A stretch of DNA of 58,117 nucleotides, the filler included, from Dimargaris cristalligena (taxonomy: Eukaryota): NCBI GenBank assembly GCA_003614675.1. It is 7 parts of 7 records of this genome, joined end to end, with 100 filler letters (N's around TTAATTAATTAA, not from the genome) between each part and the next. Parts side by side here need not be neighbours in the genome. Positions count along the whole stretch, not along the records: positions 16,682 to 24,910 come from ML003346.1; positions 25,011 to 33,234 come from ML003347.1; positions 33,335 to 41,548 come from ML003348.1; 4 more parts are not named here. The stretch is one strand, 5' to 3'. The position numbers were made by a program, and so were the translations under genes. Of the stretch, positions 24,858 through 36,723 are shown piece by piece; the stretch's first letter is position 1; each line of letters starts with the position of its first letter. The notes under the pieces were generated by a model. That model worked only from the letters and a program-made list of their open reading frames with translations, did not search any database and had not been told where the DNA came from.

Positions 24858-24910
24858 GCATAGAGAAGCATGCATTTTCTGACTATTGTAAACAAACATT
24901 GCAAATGAAT
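24856..24910 (-). repeat. 55-bp perfect inverted repeat, right end of contig 3
   Basis: Reverse complement of 16682-16736. Confidence 0.95.
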
Positions 24911-25010
24911 NNNNNNNNNNNNNNNNNNNNNNNNNNNNNNNNNNNNNNNNNNNNTTAATTAATTAANNNNNNNNNNNNNNNNNNNNNNNNNNNNNNNNNN
25001 NNNNNNNNNN
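24911..25010. other. Artificial contig spacer
   Basis: N44-TTAATTAATTAA-N44. Confidence 0.98.
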
Positions 25011-25064
25011 TTGCCTCATCAAATGGATTTTTCGTTATACAGCCTTGTTGAACTACTCCCATAT
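25011..25064 (+). mobile_element. MITE, partial copy (right part) at the contig start
   Basis: 54 nt identical to the last 54 nt of the copy at 32398-32541. Confidence 0.85.
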
Positions 25065-25654
25065 CGATTAATGACCATTCCCAAAATGTATATGGGACAG
25101 GTTCTGTGCTACTGTGCGACAGAAATTATGGGTGATGCGACTAATTTTATTGGTTAAATGCACTTTAGCCGCCTGTTTTACTATTCATGTCTCATCCAAA
25201 GTCTTATACTAGCGTGATGAATTTCGCCCATATACTTCCATCAGCACACAAAATTTTACTCTCTTCCTGGAAAAAAATAACAATTTTAACAGTAAAATAC
25301 GTCCGAAGTTCGGGGGGTATACGCTTGCTCGCCAAATGAGGCTTACGTGGTTTAAGCCCCTGCGGCGGAAATCTATCAATTTAAACCCAGTGATTAGGTA
25401 TTAAGAATAGAAGGGCAGCACCAAGCCACCCTACTCTATGGTATTAATAGACTGTGTCAGATTCACCCGGCTATAAAAGGCCAGGAATCGCCTAGTTTCC
25501 GGAGTCAATAAATAGATTCGCTACAGTCCCCTGCCAAATAGACTATAATCGTATTGAGACACTGCATCTTATACAAATACCACCATACCCTCCCCACCCA
25601 AGGTCTTGATTTTTCTACCCCCCCCCCACCTACGCGTGCAACTATCCCGCCAAA

Positions 25655-27057
25655 ATGACCGAAGAATTTAAGTCCAACGGGTGGAATCCTGATCGCTTTT
25701 CTAAGCTCAGCCAAACCCTCCTGGAGATTTTCGAAGACCACTACCAACTACTCCAGGATCGCCTAAGCCCCGACGCCAAAATTCTGGATGTGGGATGCGG
25801 TGAAGGTGTATTGACCGAAAAGTTGCAGGAGAAGTTTTCTCGGGTGGTCGGCGTTGACATTAGTCCGGATATGGCCGAAGGTGCCAGAATCAGAGGCATC
25901 CAGGACGTTCGACTCGCCAGTGCCTCCAACTTACAGGCGGCGGGAATTGCTGCTAACGAATTTGACGCTGCGTTCTCCCAGTATGGTAAGTACCCCTTCG
26001 AAGTTTTATTCCCGAGCACCCTTCTTCTTTTATTTGCTTATGTGGGTTATTATTGGAAAACAACCGCGACCATGCAATCAATACTGGGATAGCGGTGGTC
26101 CTATATTGCTACCCCAGCCGTCTAATAAGGCATTATCCCCGTGACTACCCAGGATAATATATATATATATATATATATTAAAATGTTATTTAATTTTCGA
26201 TACTAATTAAATAAATTATCCAAACACCGACTTTACAAACCACTCCCACAACCCCCTATTAACAAAATCAACTAACGAAAGTGTTGAACTGGATTGCGGA
26301 TGACCCCAGAAAACCACTTCAGGAAATCTACCGTTGCCTGAAACCTGGCGGTCTCTTTGTGACAAAGTTCTGTGCCAACCAGTGTGTTTCGTGTAAGTGC
26401 GATGGGTTGCATGACCTAAACATATGGGTGAAATTCAAACCAGCTGTATAAGGTTTTACATAATACGTGTATGGACGAATATGTGAGAATATCTTTTAAC
26501 CAGTAATATTGGCCTCATCCAATGGATTTTTCATTATACAGCCTGAATGAACTTCTCCCATATTTACACTTGCCTTTTATGATCCATCAATTACCGAACA
26601 GTGACAGTATGTTAACATTCAACCAATTACCATCCTCACAAAAAAGTGAACCTTCTAACTAATCGCATTCCTCATTTGAAGTATATATATCCTAACCCCA
26701 ATCCCCACAGCCATGCTCACGGCCCTGACGGCGATTATCAATACTTACGGCGAGGCCAATCTTCCTGTCCCCATCTACCTGCCCACGGCGAATGAGTATC
26801 GCGTCCTTCTGGAGCAGCAGGGCTTCGAAATTGAAGTCGTTGAGGAGAAGCCTATTACGATTGAACTGTATGTCACCTTGCGTCAATATATCGACTCAGC
26901 CTGCGATGCCTTTTTGGGGGATTGGGGCGATGTCAAGAAACGCACGGAGGTGTACAACAAATTGGAGAATAGTATGAAAAATATCAATATCCGTAATGGG
27001 AGGTTCTATATGAACTATTCACACCTCAATGTCGTGGCCCGTAAGCCCCAAACCTAA
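25655..27057 (+). CDS. Class I SAM-dependent methyltransferase; exons 25655-25985, 26282-26392 and 26711-27057
   Basis: ILDVGCGEG, VVGVDIS, FDAAFSQY|VLNWI and IYRCLKPGG motifs. Both GT-AG introns keep frame. Confidence 0.88.
26422..26563 (+). mobile_element. ~142-bp MITE inside methyltransferase intron 2
   Basis: Imperfect terminal inverted repeats ATATGGGTGAAATTCA...TGAACTTCTCCCATAT. Related copies at six other positions. Confidence 0.85.
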
Positions 27058-28294
27058 GAGCAATCCCGGTCACTCGATTACCAACTGTAGACATGAACCC
27101 ATTGCCCAACCTACTTTCGCCATTATCGAGAAGCAGCCCCATTGATTAAGTTCATCTGTTGGAGGTTCTATTACCACACAGGTTAGTTCCCAATGTAGGG
27201 CTTCTTCAAATAAAGTGACCTTTTTATCATACAATATGGTATTAGTTTTTAATATTTCTTCAGCTTAATGTAATGTAGCTTAGCAATAAGTTGCGCCAGT
27301 ATATGGATTGAATCATAGGCCATACACTATTTCAACTAAGCAATGTGCTGATATATAATGAAAGTAGGTGACTAGGATAATCTAGTACAGTTAATGGCAT
27401 TAGTAGTTTATGGACGACCCCCTGCAGATGGGAAACGGCTATACTAGGGTAATATAAAACTGCCGGGTTGCTGCCATACCGCCTTTTACCATGGAAACAC
27501 CTGGTACCATCATGGACAACAGCCTAATCCGGCAAAACCGGGAAAGACTGGTCCGGATAGTAGTTGATACTCACCAGCGCCACCGTGACTGTTCTTTGGT
27601 AGCCCTCCAGTGACACCCCGGCGAATTCGTACTCCCCCGGGCCACGGTCTGCTCTATCAATTGGTGGATTTCTCATCTAGTCTATATATCTTTTAGCATG
27701 ACCCTTCATCCCTATGAAGTCAAGCTTAGTAGGCAGCCCAGCCAAAATTTTCTGATATCAGAGCCATTAAATATATAGTGAATCAGCCATATGATATAAA
27801 CCCAGTTCAGCGTATTGATGAAGGACTTGGTTTGCGGGTATAGGTAGACAAAACGGACGATGACTACTCACCCCCTCTCCCATTATTATGGAAGCTGGTT
27901 AGCGCAATGGTGTGTGCTACGGCTATTTTCCCCAATGGAAACTATAGCGCCCACACTCACACCGCTTTTATTTTTCCCCAGCGAATATGATAGCAAGTAC
28001 CCCCTGTAATGGGAGGATTATTGCCTATTTCTATATGCATTTTCTATTTGGGGGATTTTTCCCTTCGTGTTTATCTGTCAGAGGCCGCCCTGTGTTGGTG
28101 GTATATGGCTGATACCCATCGCTGGGAATAAAACACTACGCCGCTCAACAGAAGGCTAAACCCTCCCTCACTTCACCCAGCTACTAATTACTGCGTCACT
28201 TTCTTACCTTACATTCCCCACTACATTCGATTTCACTTACCCTGTCCAAGGTCGGAATTTCCCATCCAGTCGACTGACTTGTCCGTGTACTCCA

Positions 28295-31200
28295 ATGGAG
28301 GTACTAACTCGCCCCAGTCGCAGCCCTCCTCAAGCTCCGCCTAAACGTCGTAAGCCCCGAGCCGAACCCAACCAACCAGCTGACCCCCCAGCCGAAGACC
28401 CTCCACCTAATCCCCCAGGTACGGCCACCGGTAAACCGAAACATCGGCCCAAGAAGAAGGTAGCGAAGGACAGCATCCCCTCACCAGGAGCTACAGCACC
28501 GGCTAAAAAGAAGCCCAAACCCTCCCGCAAGGCCATAAAAAAGAAAGCCATGTTGCAAGCCCGCCCCCAAATGTCTGCCAAGTTATCCGCCGAGTCGGCC
28601 CCTACGCCTGCGGGGCCATTAACCGGCAAGAGCGCCGCTTCAACAAGGACGGTCCCAAAAAAGAAAAAGAAAAAGAAAGCCCTATCGCAAGGGCCTGCCG
28701 AGCTATCCACCGGGCCTGGCCCTGTATCTATGGAGTCATTGGTCGGCCAGAACGTCGCTTCAACAATAAAGGCACTCAAAAAGAAAAAGAAACCGAAAAC
28801 GGAACCCCTGCCGCAAACTTGTTCCCGAGTGCCTGTCGGGCTATCCGTCGAGTCCGCACCTATTCCTGCGGAGCCGCTAACCGGCCGGAATGACGTCTCA
28901 ACAAGCACGGCCCCCGAAAAGAAAACCTCGTCGAAAGTCCCTTCCCAAGTGCCTGCCGAATTATCCGCCGAGTCTGACCCTATACTTGCGGAACCAATGG
29001 CCGGCCGGAATGTTGCTTCAACAAGCAAGGCCCCGAAATGGAAGTCGGAATCGGTCGCGTCAGGACGAGCCCCCGCCAAATTCCCGGCAGCCTCTAAGAC
29101 CCGTAAGTGACGGGGTTTACAGTGTACCATTGCAGTCTGGGTGTTTAAAACTATACAGATATTGGGCTACCCTCCCCCCTACCCCGCGGTTTCTAGCTGA
29201 TGGACATGTATTTACTAATTATTATTATGCGGGGTTGGTCGTCACCTTTATATCAACACGCATTAGGGAGTCAGGTCTTTTTCGATGAATACTGGCCTTT
29301 AAGTCGGGTTGAAAAAGCAATGGCCAAGAAGACGGTATTCTGGGGCACAATTCGCATCAACAAGAAGAATCCGACGGACGCTTACGTCACCTGCGACGAA
29401 ATGGAAAAGGATATTTACATTATGGGCAAACAGCGTCGAAATAGGGCATTTGATGGGGACACCGTCTGCGTCAAATTAATCAAATCAGACCAGATACTCA
29501 AACTCCAACAAAAGATCCGGGACCAGACTCGTCAACGTATGAATGCCCGAATTGCCAAGCGTTCTAATCAAGTTGAAACCGATTGTGTCGAGGCCGACCC
29601 GGTAATTGCAGACGCTTCGGAGCTCGCGACTGAGGAAGGTACCGGTGGAGTGGCCAGCAACCCAACAGACTCGGAGCCGGCCCGACTCTGTGGTGCTGTA
29701 GTCTATGTACCCCCGAGCAAAACCCTTCGTACTGCCTCGGGGGTATTAAAGCGATTCTTCCCCGAGGGCTCTTCCAAAGCCGGCCCCCCCCACCCGGGTG
29801 TTTCTTAAACCTAATGACCCCCGGTTACCCTTGATCCAAATTCCCCGGGAATGGTGGTCTTCGGATTTCAACCCGGGCAAACAATTCCGAAACAATGTGA
29901 TATATAAAGTTGTGATCAAGGACTGGCCCATTTACAACCAGGAACCGCGTGGTATAGTTTCGCAGGAACTCGGCGAAAGTGGCACAATCGTAGCCGAAAC
30001 CGAGGCCCTATTGGCCGACTGTTGTGTAGACCATCGCTCCTTCACTAATGCCGTTTGCCGCAGCCTCCCCCAATCGCCCTGGAGTATCCCTCATAGTGAA
30101 TTCCTTTCCCGCCGGGACCTGCGCAAAAGCTGCATCTTCACCATCGATCCCGAGACCGCCCGCGACCTGGACGACGCCGTGTCATGGCAGCCCTTGAGCA
30201 ATGGTAATTTCAGGGTGGGGGTTCACATTGCCGACGTATCCTACTTCGTGCCCCCCGACACGGCCCTAGATGATGAAGCCCGTGGGCGCGCCACCACCGT
30301 GTACCTCGTCCAAAAGGCCATCCCCATGCTACCCTCGCAGCTCTGTGAAGAGCTTTGCAGTTTGAATCCTGGGGTCGACCGCCTGGCCTTCTCGGTCATT
30401 TGGGAAATGACACCCAAGGCCCAGATCGTCAGTACATGGTTCGGTCGGACCATTATCCATTCCTGTGCCAAGATATCTTACGAACGGGCACAGGATGTGA
30501 TAGAGGGTAAGCCCCTCGACGCGTCGGTTTTGGTCACCCAGTTCCCGCGCTACTTTGTGGAAACTGGTATCAAAAACCTACTTCGCCTGTCGAAAATACT
30601 CCGGGAAAATCGGGTTGCTAACGGAGCCCTGACGGTCAATTCGATTCGGCTGCATTTTGAGTTGGATGAGGCCGGTGATCCCATTGCCTGTCGCACTTAT
30701 GATTACAAGGACAGTAATCGACTCATTGAGGAGTTTATGCTACTGGCCAACATGAGTGTAGCGAAACGGATTTCCGAAGCCTTCCCCAACCACGCATTGC
30801 TGCGGTGCCACCCCCCGCCCCTGCCCCGCGAACTGACCCGGTTTGAAGAGATGGTCAGTAAACTAGGTTACGACTTCAAGACCACCTCCTCGCTGGAGTT
30901 CCAACAGTCATTTAACAGGGTGTCCAATCCCCAGGATCGGATGCTACTGCAGCTCCTGGCGGTTAGACCCATGTGCCGGGCCAAGTACTTTTGCACGGGC
31001 TTCGCCGACCCCGCTGAATTCCACCATTATGCCCTGAGTGTACCCCTCTATACTCACTTCACGTCACCTATCCGCCGGTACGCCGATGTCATTGTACACC
31101 GCTTACTGGCCGCCGCTATCCAGGATGAGTCCCCTAGGTTCAACATACCGCCAGAGGTCGTGCGGAATATCGCCCAAACCTGTAACACAAAAAAGGGCTG

Positions 31201-31687
31201 GGCCCGGATGGCCCAGGACCAGAGCAGCCTCTTGTATCTCGCGCTGTACCTCGATCGGATCATCAAACGCCAAGCCGGTGACCCCTTTAAATGCAGCGCC
31301 ATGGTCCTGGACATGAACCCCACGTATATGGACCTGGTGGTGCTGGAGTACGGGATCGAGAAGCGAATTTACTGGGACCGCTTGCCGATCCGTCGGTGTA
31401 CCTACTTTGCCGGGCAGAACTTGGCCACCCTGGAATGGAACCCCAGTCCGTCCCACGGTAGAACGACCAAGCCCACCTCCCGCAACCCGCCCCTCGATGC
31501 CGCTGCCAGTCTATCGGCGGAATTGGATAAGTTGACTTTGGATGCCGCTAAGGACACCCCTACCGGACCCACCACCTCCTACACCCAAACCGTTCAGTCC
31601 TTCAAACCGGTGGCCGTGCTGATTACTACCGAAACCAACCGGTCCCCGCCCGTTATTAACGTCGAATTGGCTAGCCCATTTGCCTAA
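28295..31687 (+). CDS. DIS3L2: DIS3L2-type RNase II/RNB 3'-5' exoribonuclease; exon 28295-29102, intron 29103-29266, then a +1 frame break near 29790
   Basis: GTIRINKKNPTDAYV...DIYIMG...RNRAFDGDTV (CSD). Catalytic IFTIDPETARDLDDA, SNRLIEEFMLLAN and YTHFTSPIRRYADVIVHR. No PIN domain. Confidence 0.88.
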
Positions 31688-32397
31688 CTAATGTAATCGG
31701 CGGTATTCGTTATGAAACGGATAGGAGTCAAGTGAATACCGGCTGACTTGACATTACCCCCTATGCTGATTTCATACCGATTGGGCATATTTACTGGTTT
31801 CTTTTTCTATTTGAATATTCAGCATATTTACTGCTTAACCAATCGATACTTTATATCCCTTACTTTACCCATCGATAGTTCCACAATTATGTTTTCCATC
31901 TATCCTCTATACTTTGGCTTTTGTATAAAGCCACCAGCACAGGGCCCTGTATCACAATAGGCATGCTAAGGTGCTCCAAGTATAGTGGTACTACATACTC
32001 GGACACCGGGCGTTTCCAGAGTTACCTATGGCTCAACAAGGACTCGTACCAAATTGGTAACTAGGGCTTGGGTATCACCTACTGTGGATGGCCCTTATTA
32101 ACTATATCTTTTCTCCCAAGTCTATTGCTTCAACTTTTCATTGCCAATGATTTTTTTCGAATGTCTAATCCATCACTCACCGAAGTGTTTGAAGATGGAC
32201 ATACGAGTAACTGGCAAAATTTTAACCGAAAAGAAATAATCATTATTATCATTAATATTGATGTCGTTTTTTAGGTTTACTTATCAGCAGGAATCGCCTC
32301 TTCAATAAAAACCCCAGTGGTTTTTTTTTCACTCTAACCCTACACGGCCGACCAGCGCCAATAGTACTCCCGACCACCAATTAATCGGGCATCGAAT

Positions 32398-32541
32398 ATA
32401 TGGGTGAAGTTTAGCTTTGCTATATAAGGGTTTAGCTGATATGTGTATGGGAAAATCGGTGGTATTTTTATTTTCAACCAGTAGTATTTGCCTCATCAAA
32501 TGGATTTTTCGTTATACAGCCTTGTTGAACTACTCCCATAT
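32398..32541 (+). mobile_element. MITE, full copy
   Basis: ATATGGGTGAAGTTTA...TGAACTACTCCCATAT, with the shared internal core (ACCAGTAGTATTTGCCTCATCAAATGGATTTTTCGTTATACAGCC). Confidence 0.85.
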
Positions 32542-33234
32542 GGTGTTTTATAGCTGGGCTGTTGCGTTTAAGCCGGGTACTGCATCACTATTATATCCTA
32601 TTCGCTCCGCTACATGCTCCCGGATTTATGATACGGATAATTATAAGATTACGTCAAACCAGGCGCAAAGCAATATATCCGTCGACTAAGTGTGATTTCG
32701 TTTCTTAAAATAAAATACTGTTGGGACAGACTATTCACGGATTTCCCGACTGTCTCGTGAATTGAAATTATTTATAATTCATTAGAGACCTGCCTAATTA
32801 ATACAGTTGTTGCCTCCTATTAGACAAATCATACTTATTCCATTATGTTCCCTGCTGTACAAAAGGAGGTTTTAAAGGGTGGCAAGGCCAGGATTGTAAA
32901 AACATATAAAGCACTATTATATAAAAAGAGGTCTGGTAATAGATTCCCCAAGAATTAGAAGAGGTGAGATGCTTTTACATAAAATTATTACACAAAAGGC
33001 ATAACAACAGGTTATATATACCCCAAGTAAAAGAAAAATGAAAAAATTGCAGCACTAACTATTCCCAAGTGATTACCTACCTCAATACTAAATTAGTTGA
33101 TAATCACTTAACTTTGCAGATCTAATGGGATACGGTGCTAATGATTACATATGGCCTTGAAAGTAACAATTGTGTAATGGCAGGAAAATAGTTAAAATTA
33201 AAGTTTAAATAGTAATAAATGTCTGGTAAAAATT

Positions 33235-33334
33235 NNNNNNNNNNNNNNNNNNNNNNNNNNNNNNNNNNNNNNNNNNNNTTAATTAATTAANNNNNNNNNN
33301 NNNNNNNNNNNNNNNNNNNNNNNNNNNNNNNNNN
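33235..33334. other. Artificial contig spacer
   Basis: N44-TTAATTAATTAA-N44. Confidence 0.98.
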
Positions 33335-33429
33335 GGCAAATACTACTGGTTGAAAATAGACATCCCACCGATTTTCCCATACACATATCGGTTAAAACCT
33401 TATACAACCAAGCTGAACCTCACTCATGT
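33335..33429 (-). mobile_element. MITE, partial copy (left part, reverse) at the contig start
   Basis: Reverse complement aligns to 32398-~32492. Confidence 0.75.
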
Positions 33430-33851
33430 GGATGCCACTAACCCAGGAGAAACCAGCCGCCATTAGTCATATGATATTCTTTCCATTACTGTGTGGGTGG
33501 GTGCATTATACATGTAATGGCGCTCATTAGGGGCAAAGGAGGCCAACAACATAATATAATAGTATGTATGGGTGGAAGAAGTACTACAGCTGGGGTTTAA
33601 GTTCCCGCTGTGTATGTCATTGTGCTTACTCCAGCTTCTTTCTGTCTCTACTTGATTTTGTCCCTCTTTTATTATTAACTTCTCCCGGAACAGCTTGTCT
33701 CTACCGCATTTGTATTATATACGCGTTTCTGAGTATTCCTTGTTTAAGCCTCTCTCTCGTACTTCCTTCGACCACGTCCCTTTTCCGATATTTTCTTTAA
33801 CGCGCTCTCTTCCATCTGTATCCCCCCTCTCACTCCGTATCAATTTCCAAT

Positions 33852-35681
33852 ATGGTCAGCGACTACAACAGTCTCCTGGATCAGTCTCTGGATGATATTG
33901 TCAAGAGTGACAGCAGTACTTCCCGTCGTCCCCAGCGCCACACGCGAAACCAGCCCACCCGTGGCGGTCGCACGAATCAGCAGGGAAGTGGAGGAGGTCG
34001 TCGCCCAATGATGTCCAACGGCAGTAACGGTGCTTCGGTGCCGTACATGATGCGCGGGGCTGGCCTGAACACGTTCCAGCCTCCCGTCATGAACCCCATG
34101 ATGATGGGGGCGGGTGGTGCTGGTATTCTGGGCGGGGCCACCAACCTCCGCATCTCCAATCTCCACTACCGAGTCACGGAGTCGGATCTCCGCGAACTGT
34201 TCGGTCAGATGGGTTCCCTGCGTTCCGTCAAGATCAACCACCGCTCTGACGGCACGTCCAATGGCACGGCGCTGGTGGTCTTCCACAATCCCAAGGCCGC
34301 CTACACGGCAGCGACCACGTACAACAATGTTACCCTCGATGGTAAGCGTCTTCTTTCAGTTTCTCCTGCGCCCGCTTCTTCTTCTTCTTCTTCTTCCTCC
34401 CCGCACGGCCTAGTTTCTTGTGGGGCTGGCTTCTCCCCGTCTTTTAGCCCACTTCCGCTTGCCTGGTTATACCCATCTATTACTCCCCCCTTGTCTTGTT
34501 CCGCTATGCAGTGCACAGTCGCTGCTGCATAGTGCTCTTAGTATACCTCTACCCCTTCCCGTTCTGCTCTTGTATAGCCCTTTTCTTCACCTCCCTTTCC
34601 CCTGTCGTGATGAGGAGAACCCGGGCCTAAAGAAGAATAGTCGAACGCTATTAACTAGCTGGTTTGGGTGTAAAGCGGCACGTGAAACGAGGACGCCCAG
34701 AATTTAACCGTTCGCTGGCCCGACTTCGGTCAATCCGCTTCGCCTGGTCCAGTAGCGGCCCAATTGCCCACTGACTCCTTCAGCCGGGTTCGACACCCAG
34801 TGTCTATGCGCGCCCTCCATGCGGGAATAAGAATGTCAGCTATCGCCTAACCGCAGGTGGCTAGCGGCTTACGCGTCCCTTATGTAGCACCCTTAGGTGC
34901 TTTGTTAGGGAGAATGATGTTGCTGGCTGCCTTTGGGCACCAGTGTACCACCCATGCTGCTGCGTACCAGTGTCCCATTTCCGAGCATTTGTTTGCCAAT
35001 ACCTCCTGGGAGGGTTACCCATTTCTATAGTTTAATTCAAGGCCTATATTGTGTCCATTTTAATTTATTTAAGCTGGCTTGTCTTCGGCCTCTCCACTTT
35101 CCTCACATCAGAGCTGTACTTTTAATCCTCTTTATTGTGTGGCTCTTTTGTGACACCAGACATGTATATTTTCACTCATACTGCATTCCATAACATCTCC
35201 AATCATCATACTCATCTTATATTTTCTATTCATTTTTTGATATTCATCTCACCCTCATCATGGATAATTCGGTGAATGACTCTATTCATTTGCTTTCCGT
35301 GTCCACCCGATGGCGTTTGTCTACATATATCATCTCCGGCCCTTCCCCTTCTTCGCGTCCATTGTGTGCCCCGTCCATCACCCCAACCCAACCAAACTCA
35401 CATGTACCGTTAATCATATACTGCGTGATCCAGGCCGTACCATGCGCATTGAGATCTCCCAACCCGTCACCACCCAGCCCATGGTCTACCCCGTGCCTAT
35501 GGCCGGCCAGGTCCGCTCGCCTGCGGCCCGCTCCGGAGGACCCCGTCGCCAGGGCAATCAACACAGCCCCTCGCCCTACACCCGTTCCCAGCCCCGTACC
35601 AATCGCCCCCAGCCCAAGAAAGTCGACCCGGCTTCGTTGGATGCCGAAATGGACGCTTACATGGCCCAAGACAACGAGTAG
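33852..35681 (+). CDS. YRA1: mRNA export adaptor Yra1/ALYREF/Mlo3; exons 33852-34341 and 35434-35681
   Basis: N-terminal LDQSLDDIV and C-terminal SLDAEMDAYM (UAP56-binding motifs). The RRM (LRISNLHYRVTESDLRELF...YNNVTLD|GRTMRIEI) is completed across a phase-1 GTAAGC...CAG intron. Confidence 0.92.
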
Positions 35682-36723
35682 CTTTTTTTTTATATCTCTC
35701 GCGAAAAAAAAATCAAGAAAATGTATCGCACATATCTAATCATATAACTCCCTTTGACCTCGATGTCTAACCCTTCATCTCTCTCTCTCTCTGCCTTTCT
35801 CTTGGCTATTTTTTTTGGCAGTTGACGAATCCGTTTTTCTAGTATGTGAATTCATAAATATCTTAACAATTGGTGCTATCCTCTAACACAGGGCTAAACA
35901 TAAAGAAATACGTGTAAATGTAATAGTCGGATAATAGCTGAGCGGTTTTCATTGGTTGTTTTTGGCCAGTAGATGGGTTTTCTCTTCCCCCGGGTATAGA
36001 AGTAGTTCGCCACTCAAGAGGATTAATATCTCCATATATTTACTCTGTTCATCGAGATCCACGTATCCTGCAACTATTTTCAGATACTTGTATTTAAAAC
36101 AGATTGTCCAGGTTGATTGCGTAAACATGATTTATCCCATCTAAAATGGCTATAAAATGCACGATGTTTAATGCCCAAACGGGGCACCCAAATATACCTC
36201 TTTATCACTAAACTATACATTTAAACCAGGGAAGGAAAGGAATGCTCCCTTTAACGGATATAAATAATGTTTCGGCTATACCGATAGGAGAAACGCCGTG
36301 GCAATGTGTCCCGGAATGGTATGATCATCAGCGCACGGGGAACTATACTGCCACTGACCTCCAAAAATAAAATTGGCAATGTAAGAAATAAGATAAAAAT
36401 AAAAAACTAGAAGAGAGGGCCAAAAAAAATGTATAAGCACATAGTACATATTCCAAGTATGGGAAAAACGGGCATAAGATGTATGAAAAAAGCGAAGGTG
36501 GGGCAATCGAGCTACACACGCGTATTTAGATAAATAAAACAAAACTTCTAAGAGAGGGGGGTGAGGAGGGAGATAGACATGGCCAAATAAAAGACTGCGT
36601 ATAGTATTGGACCCGGATAGCCTTCGACCCCCTCCGTGAAAGCTCCGGTTACCCAAAATCCGGGGCGTGACATGCTAGCTGCAGTGACGAGAGATAACGC
36701 AAATATCAATAATATTCATGTAA

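Noticed and set aside
16868..26180. Microsatellites (GAC)n at ~16868, (AG)n at ~21660 and (AT)n at ~26157
   Set aside because: Ordinary simple repeats.
32920..32970. KEVW..IPQE resembling a Tc1 transposase C-terminus
   Set aside because: Too short and interrupted by stops; no DDE motifs seen.
34600..34700. Hammerhead ribozyme (TGATGAG...GAAAC)
   Set aside because: The core is GTGATGA rather than CTGATGA, and the required stems were not found.
34735..34810. tRNA or tRNA-Sec gene in the YRA1 intron
   Set aside because: A/B-box-like motifs are present, but there is no acceptor-stem pairing, proper anticodon arm or long variable arm. Kept only as a structured-RNA candidate.
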